The notes under the pieces were generated by a model. The model saw only the letters and a list, made by a program, of their open reading frames with translations. It was not told the DNA's origin and did no database searches. The translations under genes were made by a program, and so were the position numbers. From Octopus vulgaris (taxonomy: Eukaryota): 64,000 bases of DNA. Location of the stretch: NCBI GenBank assembly GCA_951406725.2, contig OX597829.1, positions 37,510,001 through 37,574,000 on the forward strand. Direction: 5' to 3'. Positions 14,207-26,260 of this stretch are shown in pieces (the stretch's first letter is position 1; each line of letters starts with the position of its first letter).

Positions 14207-14691
14207 GGCATATATACATACATACACACAGTTGTGCTAACAATAACTAGAAGATGGTTTTGTAGCTTTGCAAGTTACTTGATGACCTCACTGGTTTTGG
14301 TACCATGTAAAAAGCACCCAGTAAACTCTGTGGAGTGGTTGGTGTTAGGAAGGGCATCCAGCTGTAGAAACTATGCCAAAATTCTCTGGCTTGTCAGCGC
14401 CTATCAAAACCATTTAAAGTATGCCAATGTGGAAAATGAAAAATTAAATGCTAATGAAAATGATGATGTATACACACACACACACATATCTATGTGTGAT
14501 TTCACAGGTGTATCAGCAAAGGATATAAAAACAACCGAAAAACCAATCCTTTACAAACAAAATATCTCATGAGATATTTGTTCTGCATCAAGTTTGATAG
14601 TACGCCCCACCCCACCCCACCCCCAATGTCACACATGCAATTAAAAAATGCAGAGAACCAGAAATTTTTTTAAGACAAAAGGAAAACTCAC

Positions 14692-14784
14692 CTGTCTATA
14701 AATGCTAGGTGTATGCTGGTGCTGACTTTCTTTGAAATTATCATAACTGAGTTTCCATTTTTCTCTGACGTATGGAACAATTAC
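14692..14784 (-). CDS. PEX12: PEX12 coding exon 4
   Basis: TTCTTTAG acceptor; VIVPYVREKWKLSYDNFKESQHQHTPSIYRQ (cf. human VLLPYLKVKL); GTGAGT donor; phase 0/0. Confidence 0.9.
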
Positions 14785-15930
14785 CTAAAGAAATAAATTG
14801 GAACAAGATCAAAAGACAATTTAGTTTTGGAATAATAGGATACTGGCATAGACATGTCAGTGTTCAGTATAATGTGGCGGCTACATGACAACTGACTAGT
14901 AGTCTGCTAGATCAGGACTAGGCTGTGTGGTAAGAGGCTTGCTTCTTAACCACATGGTTTTGGGTTCAATCCACCTGTGTGATACCTTGGACAGTTTTCT
15001 ACTATAGTTTTCTATTATAGCCTCAAGCCAATCAAAGTCTTGTGAGTGGATTTAGTAAACGGAAACTGAAAGAAGCCCATTGCATGTGTGTATGTGTGTG
15101 TGTCTATCTGTATTTATTCCCAACTACTGCTTCACAACTAGTGTTGATGTGTTTATGTTCCTGTAACTTAGCAGTTTGACAAAAGAAACCAATAGAATAA
15201 ATACCAGGCTTTAAAAAAGAGTAAGGACTGTCAGTGATTCGTTTGACTTAAAAGTTCTTACAGGCGGTGCCCCAGCATAGCCACAATCTAATGACTGATA
15301 CAAGTAAAAAGTAAAAGATACAAAGTAAAAAAAAAAAAAAAAATTAATTCAGCCTTGCAATTGTTGGGTGCTCCATATGGACGTACACATGATGTTCAAT
15401 CAGAACTACAGACTTACTTGATCAGGCAAGGGCAAAAGGCTATGTGCTCATTTAAATCATCACATTATGTCAAGACAAGGGCACACACACACACACACAT
15501 TTATATTCTTTTACTATTCTTTTATTCTTTTACTTGTTTCAGCCATTTGACCGCTGCCATGCTGGAGCACCGCCTTTTAGTCGAGCAAATCAACCCCAGG
15601 ACTTATTCTTTGTAAGCCTAGTCTATCGGTCTCTTTTGCCAAACTGCTTAGTTACGGGGACATAAGCACACCACCATCAGTTGTCAAGCGATGTTGGGGG
15701 TACAAACACACACACATACATACATACATACATATATATACACATATACATATATACGATGGTTTCTTTCAGTTTCCGTCTACCAAATCCACTCACAAGG
15801 CTTTGGTTGACCCGAGGCTATAGTAAAAGACACTTGCCCAAGGTGCCATGCAGTGAGACTGAACCCGGAACCATGTGGTTGGTAAGCAAGCTACTTACCA
15901 CACAGCCACTCCTGCGCCTGATAGAGAGAC

Positions 15931-16048
15931 GTTTACAGCACCCAGGTTTCCCAAGCAGTCACCCATCTAAGTACTAACTAGGCTCGATGTTGCTTAACTT
16001 CGGTGATCAGACGAGAACCGGTGTTTTCAAAGTGATATGGCCGTAAGC
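15931..16048 (-). rRNA. Isolated full-length 5S rRNA copy, probably a pseudogene
   Basis: GCTTACGGCCATATCACTTTGAAAACACCGGTTCTCGTCTGATCACCGAAGTTAAGCAACATCGAGCCTAGTTAGTACTTAGATGGGTGACTGCTTGGGAAACCTGGGTGCTGTAAAC (118 nt). Box A and box C are recognisable; there is a helix I mismatch and no oligo-T terminator. Confidence 0.9.
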
Positions 16049-16485
16049 ATATATATATATATATATATATTATTGATGTCACATGCTCAATATATGAGTT
16101 TTGTTTGAATGCTTTACAACTAGAATAGTTTGTCCAGGGAAAAGTCTCTCTAAGACATCAAGTTTTAAGAAAAACAGTATACCTCAAAGCCAGGGAAAAT
16201 AAATCACCCTACAGGCAAATGTAAATGGTGGATATCCATATTTTGCTGTTATTTCAGCTCGTTAGCACCGTATATTCAAATTTCCCTTGAAATTAATTCA
16301 AACTGGTCTGAGATATATACAGATAGCATAATATCTATCCATTGATGTGAAAGAGTGCTGCACAAGTAAAACAAAAAACAAAATTCAATTTTTAACACTC
16401 CATGAAATGCATATAAACAAAGCACATACATTAGGTATGTGACATTAATAATGTTCAATATTTAAGAGATGAGGAATAATAATAA

Positions 16486-16526
<41 letters not shown>

Positions 16527-16847
16527 ATAATAATTATATATGCTAGGTTTCTTTTGGCTTCCATGACCAAATTCACTCACAAGACTCTGAGTGACTCAGG
16601 GTTTAGTAGAAGACACCTGCCTAAGGTGTCACCAAAGACCTTATGGTTGGGAAACAAGTTTTTTAACCACATAACCATGCTTTTGAATATGACAATAATC
16701 TAAAGGGTCAAAATAGAAAAAGAAATAAAAAAGATAGAACTGAATTTGGACAAATAATTAAACACATTAATTAAAAAAAGAGAGAGAGAAAAACCCAAAA
16801 GAGGATCAAGAAGGAAGTTAAAAAGCAAATAAAATGAAGTGACATAC

Positions 16848-16954
16848 CAAAAATAATAGAGACTTTAAATGAACATTCTTCGGGAGATGCTTAAGAGTCT
16901 TTTCGCTATTTGTTATACGTTTTATTCCATAAAACTGTTCTGTAAATGATCCAC
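16848..16954 (-). CDS. PEX12: PEX12 coding exon 3
   Basis: TTTTACTAG acceptor; (G)GSFTEQFYGIKRITNSEKTLKHLPKNVHLKSLLFL, matching the SFSENFYGLKR motif; GTATGT donor. Confidence 0.95.
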
Positions 16955-17169
16955 CTAGTAAAAAGAATTACAAATTGAAAATATTGATAAAAAGAAAAAA
17001 AATTGTAGGGTAGAATTCACAGCTATTATAAACTCTTCAATCTCCACAATGTTAAAGTCAGTTACTCTTGCTTAGGCGATATTGCTTCAAACATCATACA
17101 ATACAACGGACACAAACACACACATATACAATTTTCCCCACAAGTTTGTAACTCTAAAGGTTGTAGTCT

Positions 17170-17940
17170 ATAGAGCCACCCTCACACCATCTGATGGCAT
17201 CATAAAACATAAAAAATACAAGAACTAATGATTTTAGGGAAAGGTATACAGAACATATTCACTCCTGCAGATGCAAGGATAGGGAAAACTCTACTTCCCT
17301 GTCCCATTTTATCTGAAGACACCATGACTATCAGAACAACTTCACCAACATCAAATGGAGTATCACTGACATGGTTTCCCTTCCTTACTCATCTTCAACT
17401 TGCAATTGCCAACTCTGACTAGTGAAAGACTAATCATACTTCACCAATCTACCAACAGTATCTATCAACAGAAAGAATGAACTTTTGCTGCCACCAGAGG
17501 TACACCCTGTTAATGTACTTCAAGCCATTGGCAGCTGACATTCCAGATATACCATCCAAAGCCTGGCTGTCCCACACAAAGGGCAGGATATTTAATTCCT
17601 GCAACTGATATAAACTATCCCTGTTGATCATCCAACTTCACACATCCCCACAACACCATCAAATTTGTTACTCTCATGTAAAAACCATTTTCCCTAAAAT
17701 GTTAATACCTCATGTGAAGGACGAGGGAATTTACTGACCCACTCTCCCAAGTCTGGTACTCAATACAAGGAACTGATTTTGCTGAATACACTATGCCACA
17801 ACCGGCTGCCAAAGTGACGACAACATCCTGTCCAAGAACATTGCCCTGAGAATAAAAAAGATGTTTGGTGCCACTTCCACAGCTTTAACACCACATGACC
17901 TGAGCTGACCAACAGAAACCTAACATCTGGAAACTATCAT
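17170..17940 (+). mobile_element. Decayed Penelope-like element fragment
   Basis: Highly degenerate; motifs are reminiscent of the region between RT and the GIY-YIG domain. No intact ORF. Confidence 0.35.
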
Positions 17941-18161
17941 GAATTTGTCTCAAATCCCTATTCTGATATCTACCCTGCCTCTCTTTCTCTCCCTCTCTCT
18001 ATCTCTCTCTATATATACACACACACACATATATATAGATATATATACATACACACACTCATATATAGATATATATACATACACACACATACACACACTC
18101 ATATACATATATACATATTAGTCTAGTAGAGCTGTAGAATTTTATAACTGTGTTTACATAC

Positions 18162-18270
18162 CATATCTGTATAAATAATAATTCTGAATGAAGAGATCCA
18201 GGCAAGCATATATCTCATTAAAATATGTTATAAGCCATCCATATTTGTCAGGAAATTGCTCTGCAAAAAC
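18162..18270 (-). CDS. PEX12: PEX12 coding exon 2
   Basis: TTTTGTAG acceptor; VFAEQFPDKYGWLITYFNEIYACLDLFIQNYYLYRY-G; GTATGT donor, phase 1. Confidence 0.93.
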
Positions 18271-19116
18271 CTACAAAATTGAAAGTTCAATGTTAAATAA
18301 AGATCTTGAAATATCCAAAATTTCCGTTTTTTTTCCTCACATTTTCTTCACTCACATTAAACTAAATAATATTTTCATAAAAATTATAATTATTATTATT
18401 ATTATTATAACAATTCATCAAAGTGGTAAGTTGGCAAAATCATTATCACGCCAGGCAAAATGTTTAGTGGCATTGCATATCTCTTAAAGTTCTACGATCA
18501 AATTCTACTAAGGTTGACTTTGCCTTTCATCTTCTTGGAATTTTGATAAAATAAGCACCTGTTGAGCATTGGGGCTGATGTAATTGATTTATACCCTTCC
18601 CCAAAATTGCAGGCCTTGTACCAACATTTGAAACCCTTATTCTAATAATTTATAATAAGTACATTGGCAGAATCATTAAAGTGTTGGACAAAATGACTTG
18701 CTGTTATTAGTTACAGCCTTTGTATTCTGTGTGGTACCTTGGGCAAGTGTCTTCCACTATAGCCTCCGGACAAACAAAGCCTTGTGAGTGGATTTGGTAG
18801 ACAGAAACTGAAAGAAGCCGTCGATATATATATATATGTAAATATCTGTGTTTGTCCCCCCACTATCACTTGACAACCAATGTTGGTATGTTTACGTTTC
18901 TGTAACTTAGTGGTTCAGCAAAAGAGATCGATAGAATAAGTACTTTGCTTACAAAAAAATAAGTCCTGGGGTCAATTTGTTCAACTAAAGGTGGTGCTCC
19001 AGCATGGCCACAGTCAAATGACCGAGACGAATAAAAGAATAAGTTACATCTATTTTTCTTCTCTTTTTGTTGGGTGAAGTTATAGTCCAAGGTATTTAAC
19101 CTCAACATTTGACAAG

Positions 19117-19626
19117 TACCGTATTCTCATATTTATTCTTTTACTTGTTTCAGTTATTTGACTGCAGCCATGCTGGAGTACCGACTTTAAATTGAACAAA
19201 TCAATCCCCAGGACTTATTCTTTGTAAGCCTAGTAAACACACCAACATCAGTTGTCAAGCGATGGCAGTGGGGAGACAAACACAGACACACAAACATATA
19301 TATATATATACAATGGGCTTCTTTCAGTTTCCATTTACCAAACCCACTCACAAGGCTTTGGTCAGCCCAAGGCTATAGTAGAAGATATTTACCCAAGGTG
19401 CCATGCAGTGGGACTGAACCTGAAACCATGTGGTTGGTAAGCAAGCTACTTACCACACAGCCACTCCTGCGCCTATGTATAAGGAACCCTTTTTTGTCAA
19501 AAATTAAGTATAAAAAATAAGGGAGTTTCTTATACATGGGTAATATTATAATCCCTTACAAAACCTTTTTTCCAAATTTTAAGCCCCAGAAATTAGGGAG
19601 TTCCTTATACATGTTAAAATACGGTA
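19117..19626. mobile_element. pogo/Tigger-like MITE interrupted by a SINE
   Basis: TACCGTATT...AAATACGGTA termini with internal CTTATACA repeats. The SINE occupies ~19131-19473. Confidence 0.55.
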
Positions 19627-20114
19627 CTTTATTTTATTGATCTGTGAACAATGAAAAGCAAAGTTGAGTAAGGTAGGATTTGAACCAAGAATATAAAGAG
19701 TTGTAGGTACAGGAATGTGTGTGTGTAAATAAAAGTGTCTTTGCACCCATGTTCTGCAACTTAGTTTGGAAGTTAAATCAAGTAAAGTAGCAAACAGAAA
19801 TAAATACTAGGTCTGATATGATTAACTAAATTCTTGAAGGTCAGGTTCCAGCATCTCAAATGACTAAAACAAGATTATGCATCTAAACACTACAATGAAT
19901 CTTGACTGTCAATCAACCAATTCTATCAATCCATTGTCAGAATTAGACTAAACTGGAAAAATCATCTCTAGCAAGAATGCCAGTCAGTCATGCACAAGCA
20001 ACATTTCCAGACAATCTGATATTTATTCTTGACAATTAGGTGGCCTGAGGCTCAGAGGTAACATTCTCAGACAATCTGACACGGTTTCCTATGTAACATT
20101 CACATACTGTTTCA

Positions 20115-20248
20115 GAGATGTACTTGCATAGCAAGTAACCTGATCTGAGGTTGTGTGCTGGAACGAAAACAATTGCAGCATGGAAGGTGTTTATAAGCCA
20201 TTTAAGAAACAAAATCCGTTAGATTCACTTCAACATTTAAATTTAATT

Positions 20249-20286
<38 letters not shown>

Positions 20287-20490
20287 CAGAGATGTACTTG
20301 CATAGCGAGTGACTTGATCTGAGATCGTGTGCAGGAACGAAAACAATTGCAGTGTGGAAGGTGTTTATAAGCCATTTAAGAAACACAAAATCTGTTAGAT
20401 TCACTTCAACATTTAAATTTAATTTGTCAAAATATTTTCGTTGCTTTGAGACCGTGACCTGTTCACTGACAAAATTCTGCGCTGCATCTG
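20115..20490 (-). mobile_element. Non-autonomous Penelope-like/retrozyme-like insertion: partial tandem duplication around (TA)n
   Basis: A ~140-bp unit is repeated (20113-20251 and 20287-20427). It is flanked by the 13-bp direct repeat ACATACTGTTTCA and carries the hammerhead motif. Confidence 0.55.
20421..20476 (-). ncRNA. Hammerhead-like motif with G3-C8 core covariation
   Basis: TTTGTCA-GTGAACA-G-GTCAC..GCAAC-GAAA-ATATTT-TGACAAA. Confidence 0.55.
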
Positions 20491-23272
20491 ACATACTGTT
20501 TCACATACTGTTTCAGAGTAAACATTTACATATAATTTAATAGCTTTTCCTGAAAGTTAAGTTAGCTGAGGATCAGAGCTATCATTCTTTGACAATTTGA
20601 TACCTATTCCCGACAGTTAAGTGAGCTGAGGCCCAGAGGCGACATTCTCAGACTATTTAATAGTTTTTCCTCTTAGTTAAATATCTGAAGCTCAGTAGCA
20701 ATTTTCCCTGGCAATTTGATACCTATTGCTGAGAGTTAAATCTACTGAAAACTCCTAAAGGTAAGTTTCTGTTGTAAAGAGAGAGAGAGGCAAGAAAATA
20801 CACGAGAAGGTTATGAACTCCTGACCTATTATTAAATGGTGTCTGATAACACTTTATTTACTTGGTTCATTATATCAGTTCTCCACCTTAATCACCTGGT
20901 GGTACTTTTACTCAATCAATGATCTATTGATCTGAGAGTAAAGCAGAGAGAATAAAAAGAGGAAATTAGACAAATGAAAAAGAGAAAAATATAAATTAAA
21001 AAAAAAAAAAAGATACAATAAAAAAGTAAGAAAAATAATAAAACAATAAAAACATAATCAAAAGTTAAGGCTAGAAAAGCACAAAGGAAATAATTATCTT
21101 GAATATTTGGCAAGACAAACGAAGAAATAATCTCCTCTCATTTTAAGCTAAAAGGATAAAAAAAAAACGTAAAAACAAAAAAGGTGAATAAAAATAACAA
21201 CAAATAAAAAATAAAAATTAATAAATGGAGATATTTAAAGATGAATAGTTTTGTTGCTTATTGGTATTATAAATACTTCAGAAATGGCTACCAATGCTTA
21301 ACACGGAACACCTCACGCAGTACTTTCTATTTTCTTACTACCTATCCAACAAGGTAGGGTTTATAAATTTTCAATGCTATTGTTGTTGTCTAAACCCAGA
21401 TCCATCACACTTATGATCAAAAGCATTCTAACCATGACCATCCAGTCTTTTGCATTTTATTTATATATTTTTGTTTACAGGTATAATGTAACAATATTAC
21501 GTCATGACTTTTTTTCTCTAAGATATCTCACATGGGAATTAACCATTATGTTACTAAATTTCGATTGAAATGCACTGTCTTTGTTTCAATTAAATTTGAA
21601 AGTAATGAAGAATTTGGTAAAATAATGTTGTCACTATTAAGCTGGTGTTTAGAATATAAACTAGCATGAAATTCTCTGGGAAGGTCATTCTAAAACAGGG
21701 AGTTAGTATCAAAGAAACTGGGGCAGTTTCGGACAGGTTGGTCACAAAATGGTTAAAAGACTGTTGATTGCTATGTCAAGTAAGCAAACTGATAGTGTAG
21801 AAGCTCTACTGTTGGTTTGTTGTTGTTGTGTAGCTTATTCAGTATTGGGTCATACTCTAATCCAATCATGACCACTCTGTCTTGCATCAAAGTTAATGAT
21901 GTATCTCAGAGTAAATTATGAAACAGCTGTAACCTCAATGGAAATATTAAAACTTTTTGCCTCTCACATCCTTGGGTTATCTGCTTATATACACACACAC
22001 ATACATATATACATATACTTATACACGCATATACATATATACATTTACACACACACACATTTCAAGATGGTCATTTTTTATATGTATATAAAAACTACAG
22101 TCGGACCCTGAACCTGGCAGATCAACTGGCCTATCTCACCATGAAAAGTGAACATAAAACAAAGAACAATCTGTGGAACATCTAGTCAATTCAATGCTAT
22201 AGCAATGAAGAAGAAACTCATTTAATTGAACAACCGAATCTCTTTATAACAATTATCAGTTACAAAATTATATTTAATTGATAATTACATTACTTTAATT
22301 TACCTACCCCCCAAATCTTTTTTCCTACAACACCGAGTCACTGCAAGTGTTTAACATCTTATTTTCTGAAAATAACTAAGAACACACCAATAAGAATAAC
22401 TAGAAAAAATTTTAAAAACTCATTCTTGCATGAACTCTTGTTAATTAGAGCAACAACAGAAAAAAAAGTAAAAGAAAAAACAAAAGACTCCACTTAATAA
22501 TAATCCAAAGAATGAATTACACGTCTTACTTTTACGTCTGTTATTTTTGTATTACTCAAATCAAGATATGAGTAGTGGATTGTTAGTGGATTGGACAAAA
22601 TGCTCAGTGTCGTTTCTTCCGGTTTTACGTTCTGAATTCAAATGTGACCAAGGTTGATCTTGCCTTTCAATTCTTGGGGGCGGGGGATAGAATAAATACC
22701 TGTCAGGTATTGAGGTTGATGTAATCAACTAGGCCTCACCCCTCCCACCAAATTTCTGGCCTTGGAATTATATTCAAATCAAGGAACTCGTAAAGTTGAA
22801 AGGATTTACTGTTGCTTGCTTTTTTCTTTCCTTTTTGGTTGATATTGTTATTTTATAAATATAAAAGGTACTTTTCTTGGTATATATTTCGTTTGCATTT
22901 GAAATGAGTGTGCATGTGTAGGTACAACACTGACTTTCAGGAGCCTTCAGTCCAAAAGCCATTTTGGTTACTGATTTTTCCAAACTTGGGGTGGTCAGTT
23001 TGGTTAACACATTCTAAATTAAACAAGTATTAAATTTACTTAAATGATTAAATGAAATACAGAGTACCTGTACATTAGCCTAGGTTTGTTATTACTATAC
23101 TGTGCAAAATAACAGTAAAGTAGTCTGACACTGATGGTCCAAAAAGTTTGTAAGAAGAGCTTTATAATTTGTGTGAAGAATGTGATACAGAAGTAGAATA
23201 AGAAAAGAAAAAGGAAAGGAGAGAACTTCAAATGTTGTTAGAAGCTTTCCTTCTTATCTTTTTGTTTGTTAT

Positions 23273-23520
23273 TCTATCTACCTATCAACCATCTATCTAT
23301 ATATCTATCTATCCACCTACCCATTCATCTATCTATCTATTTATCCATCTATCTATTTAGCTAGCTACCTGCTTATCAATCTATCTACCTACCTACCTGC
23401 TTATCTACTCATCTATCTTACCTACCCATCTCTCTACTTACCTACTTATGTATGTACGCATGTACCTACCTACCTATCTATCTGTCTACCTACATATCTA
23501 CCTACTTATATATCTATCTC
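23273..23520. repeat. Degenerate (TATC)n/(TACC)n tetranucleotide repeat
   Basis: Direct reading. Confidence 0.9.
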
Positions 23521-24202
23521 CGCTTTTATACAGCTTTGGATTTAGGTCCCTCAGTATATATATATATATATATATTATAGAAAAAATTCATTTTTAAAGA
23601 TTCTGAATCGCTGATATTAAGACAAAAATTTACAGACCATGTTTACTCTATATTTTTAAAGCCATAATAATAATGATGATGATGTTTTCTTTATTAACCG
23701 CTAAGAGTTCACAAAAACATATAATGTGGGGTTACATAAAAGGTGTGTAGAAAGTAACAAAATATAATTATAACAATGAAGGAAACTTCTTAGAGCTGCT
23801 CGTGGAGAACCCACAAAAACTACGGTCGCCCTGATCACTAGGGCACATGCCTAGAATAGGCCCGGACAATTCTTGCAATGTTCACCTACTTTTTAACAAA
23901 ACTGCTGGGGGAGCAGCATTTCCCCCACCCCACCCCCACTTTCCTTTTTCAAGTGAAACTAGAAAATGTAGAGGACTTGATTAAAGAGGTAAGTATCTTT
24001 CTTCCTCTTTCAATCTGGTCCATCGCACAACCTCTTTTTCTGAGGCTACCAGGCAAATAAATGTATGTAAAACGACGACCGCCACTACACAACGGGAGGA
24101 ACTTCATAGAAACGACATACGGAATTCCCGATTGTCAACTGATTCAGTTTGATTGGACTTAGTTATCATAGTCATAGGTTTACTTTCTAGCCCATAAAGC
24201 AT

Positions 24203-24613
24203 TACTCTTTTTACTTGTTTCAGTCATTTGACTGGACTGCGGCCATGCTGGAGCACCGCCTTTAGTCGAGCAAATCGACCCTGGGACTTATTCTTTGTAA
24301 GCCCAGTACTTATTCTATCGGTCTCTTTTGCCGAACCGCTAAGTGACGGGGACGTAAACACACCAGCATCGGCTGTCAAGCAATGCTAGGGTGACAAACA
24401 CAGACACACAAACACACACACACATACATATATATTTATATACATATATACGACAGGCTTCTTTCAGTTTCCGTCTACCAAATCCACTCACAAGGCATTG
24501 GTCGTCCCGGGGCTATAGCAGAAGACACTTGCCCAAGATGCCGCGCAGTGGGACTGAACCCGGAACCATGTGGTTGGTTAGCAAGCTACTTACCACACAG
24601 CCACTCCTGCGCC
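24203..24613 (-). mobile_element. SINE family A, near-consensus copy
   Basis: Highly similar to the reverse complement of 4634-5066, with CpGs retained. Confidence 0.85.
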
Positions 24614-26059
24614 TATTATTTACATTACACGTGTGAAATCCCTGAATATCCACAAAACTCTAAGGTGTGCTATTTTATGTTCGTAAATACAAGGTGGGAT
24701 GGGGGTGCTGAAAAGTTCCTGACTTTAAGGGTATCGCGAGAGGCCTGGTTAGAGGCTCTCAACATTCCAAGTTCTTTCACGGGGCTTAGAAAAACTGAAG
24801 GTCCACTGCAATAAGTGTGTGAATCTGAGAGAGGGAATATGTTGAATAAAATCATAATTAACTGATCCTCCTGTTTTTTCTTTAACTTTTCAGCACCCCC
24901 GTCGTATGCCACAAAACAGTAATTAACTCCTTTTAATTAGTAATCATGTATATAAAAAGATGTTTTGTAATCAGTCGAACGTGACATGTCGTGTCTACGT
25001 AGGAGTGAGGGTCGTTGCTTATGTACATATTCGACGACTTTATCAATGTAAGCAATTGAAATATCGAAGTTTAAACAATTAAGTACTTATTTAGGAAGCG
25101 TGTTTTTAGAAATACACTAGTAGAGTTAGTGTACACTTCAATTTGTGTTTGCATTTAAACTGAAGTTATTAATAAGCTTTGTGAATTAATATGTGTTCTA
25201 GTATTTTAGACACGGCCCTTCTCAACTCCCTTTCTCCGGTAAGGAGTACTGTCCGAAATGTAGCCTTATTACATTCGACGAGGGCTCTTAACGAACTGAA
25301 CCCGCCTTCCTTCAATGCAAACAAAATTAACGGGCGTGATTTAAATACAGTGCGCGCGGGAGTGTGTGTGTAAATCTGTGTCAATAAACAGCAAATACTA
25401 CCCATGACCTTCGAAGGCTCTCCTAAACTAGTGAGAATGTTAACAACTGAGTTTACTTTGAACATATCCAGAAGAAATTTAGGTTAATATAGGGCGTAAC
25501 ACCGAAATTTATTACCAGCGACCAGATAGTAATCGTACCACAAAAGTTTTCGCCACTTTACAGTATGTAATACCATAACATAATAAAACGAATGATAATA
25601 ATACGTGTTCTTAATTCTTTCATTTTCAACACACGATCTCAGAGCGTCACTTAAAAAAACAAATACAACACCGAAATATATATACATATATTCATTCAGA
25701 TGTTAAAATATTAATAAATAAACAACAGTAACAGATTAAATATTTTCTACAATAGACACAAAGTAACGAATCTGTGGTCGATCAAAGAAATTGCCAAGTG
25801 TTGACTCCTTGGGAAACGAACAAGGGATAAAATTGTGTCACGTCAGGAATTGAACTCGGAACCGAGATTTTCTAAACTAAATTTGCAATCGAAATGTAAA
25901 AATATCTTCTCATATCCAGGCCCCAAAATGAACAGTTTTATTTTATAGACTATTTATTTACTATTCGCACACACAGAAAGTCACTAATTTCATCGATACA
26001 ACTTATAAAATTTGCTTGTAAGGAATCTGAAAAACCATAAAGAGAGACGTAATTCTTAC

Positions 26060-26182
26060 CCGCACGGCACGTTTCACTGCTGGTTGTATTACTCTGTTTA
26101 GACTATCCTGTGCAAGGATTTCGAATATTGACGGTCTTTTATTTGACGTGGTGTTAGTTAAATGCGCAGCGTGTTCTGCCAT
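26060..26182 (-). CDS. PEX12: PEX12 coding exon 1
   Basis: ATG at 26182. Translates MAEHAAHLTNTTSNKRPSIFEILAQDSLNRVIQPAVKRAVR (cf. human MAEHGAH...QPSIFEVVAQDSL). Donor GTAAGA, phase 0. Confidence 0.96.
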
Positions 26183-26260
26183 TTTGGTAGTTTCACTTAA
26201 ATATTCGGAGTTAGCTCCCTTGTTTTATTTACATGTGAAAGCTTTAAGATTTTCATTCAT
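26175..26260 (-). promoter_or_regulatory. PEX12 5' region with YY1-like motif overlapping the ATG
   Basis: CAAAATGGC spans the start codon on the minus strand; flank retains CpG. Confidence 0.35.

Larger units (their letters stand above)
20005..20770. repeat. Degenerate ~60-bp tandem repeat, interrupted by an insertion
   Basis: Units like GACAATTTGATACCTATTCC.GA.AGTTAAGT.AGCTGAGG..CAGAG..ACATTCTC, about six copies. Confidence 0.6.

Noticed and set aside
13901-14572. Longest ORF in the track (223 aa)
   Set aside because: Runs through RTE 3' UTR repeats and microsatellites, antisense in a PEX12 intron, with no protein signature.
16276-16458. Possible extra PEX12 exon
   Set aside because: Exons 3 and 4 already join in frame and collinearly with homologues, and this ORF has no PEX12 similarity.
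25169-25465. Intronic RNase P/MRP RNA or HDV-like ribozyme
   Set aside because: GAAGGTC lacks a matching 3' P4 strand, and the HDV P1.1/L3 elements are missing.
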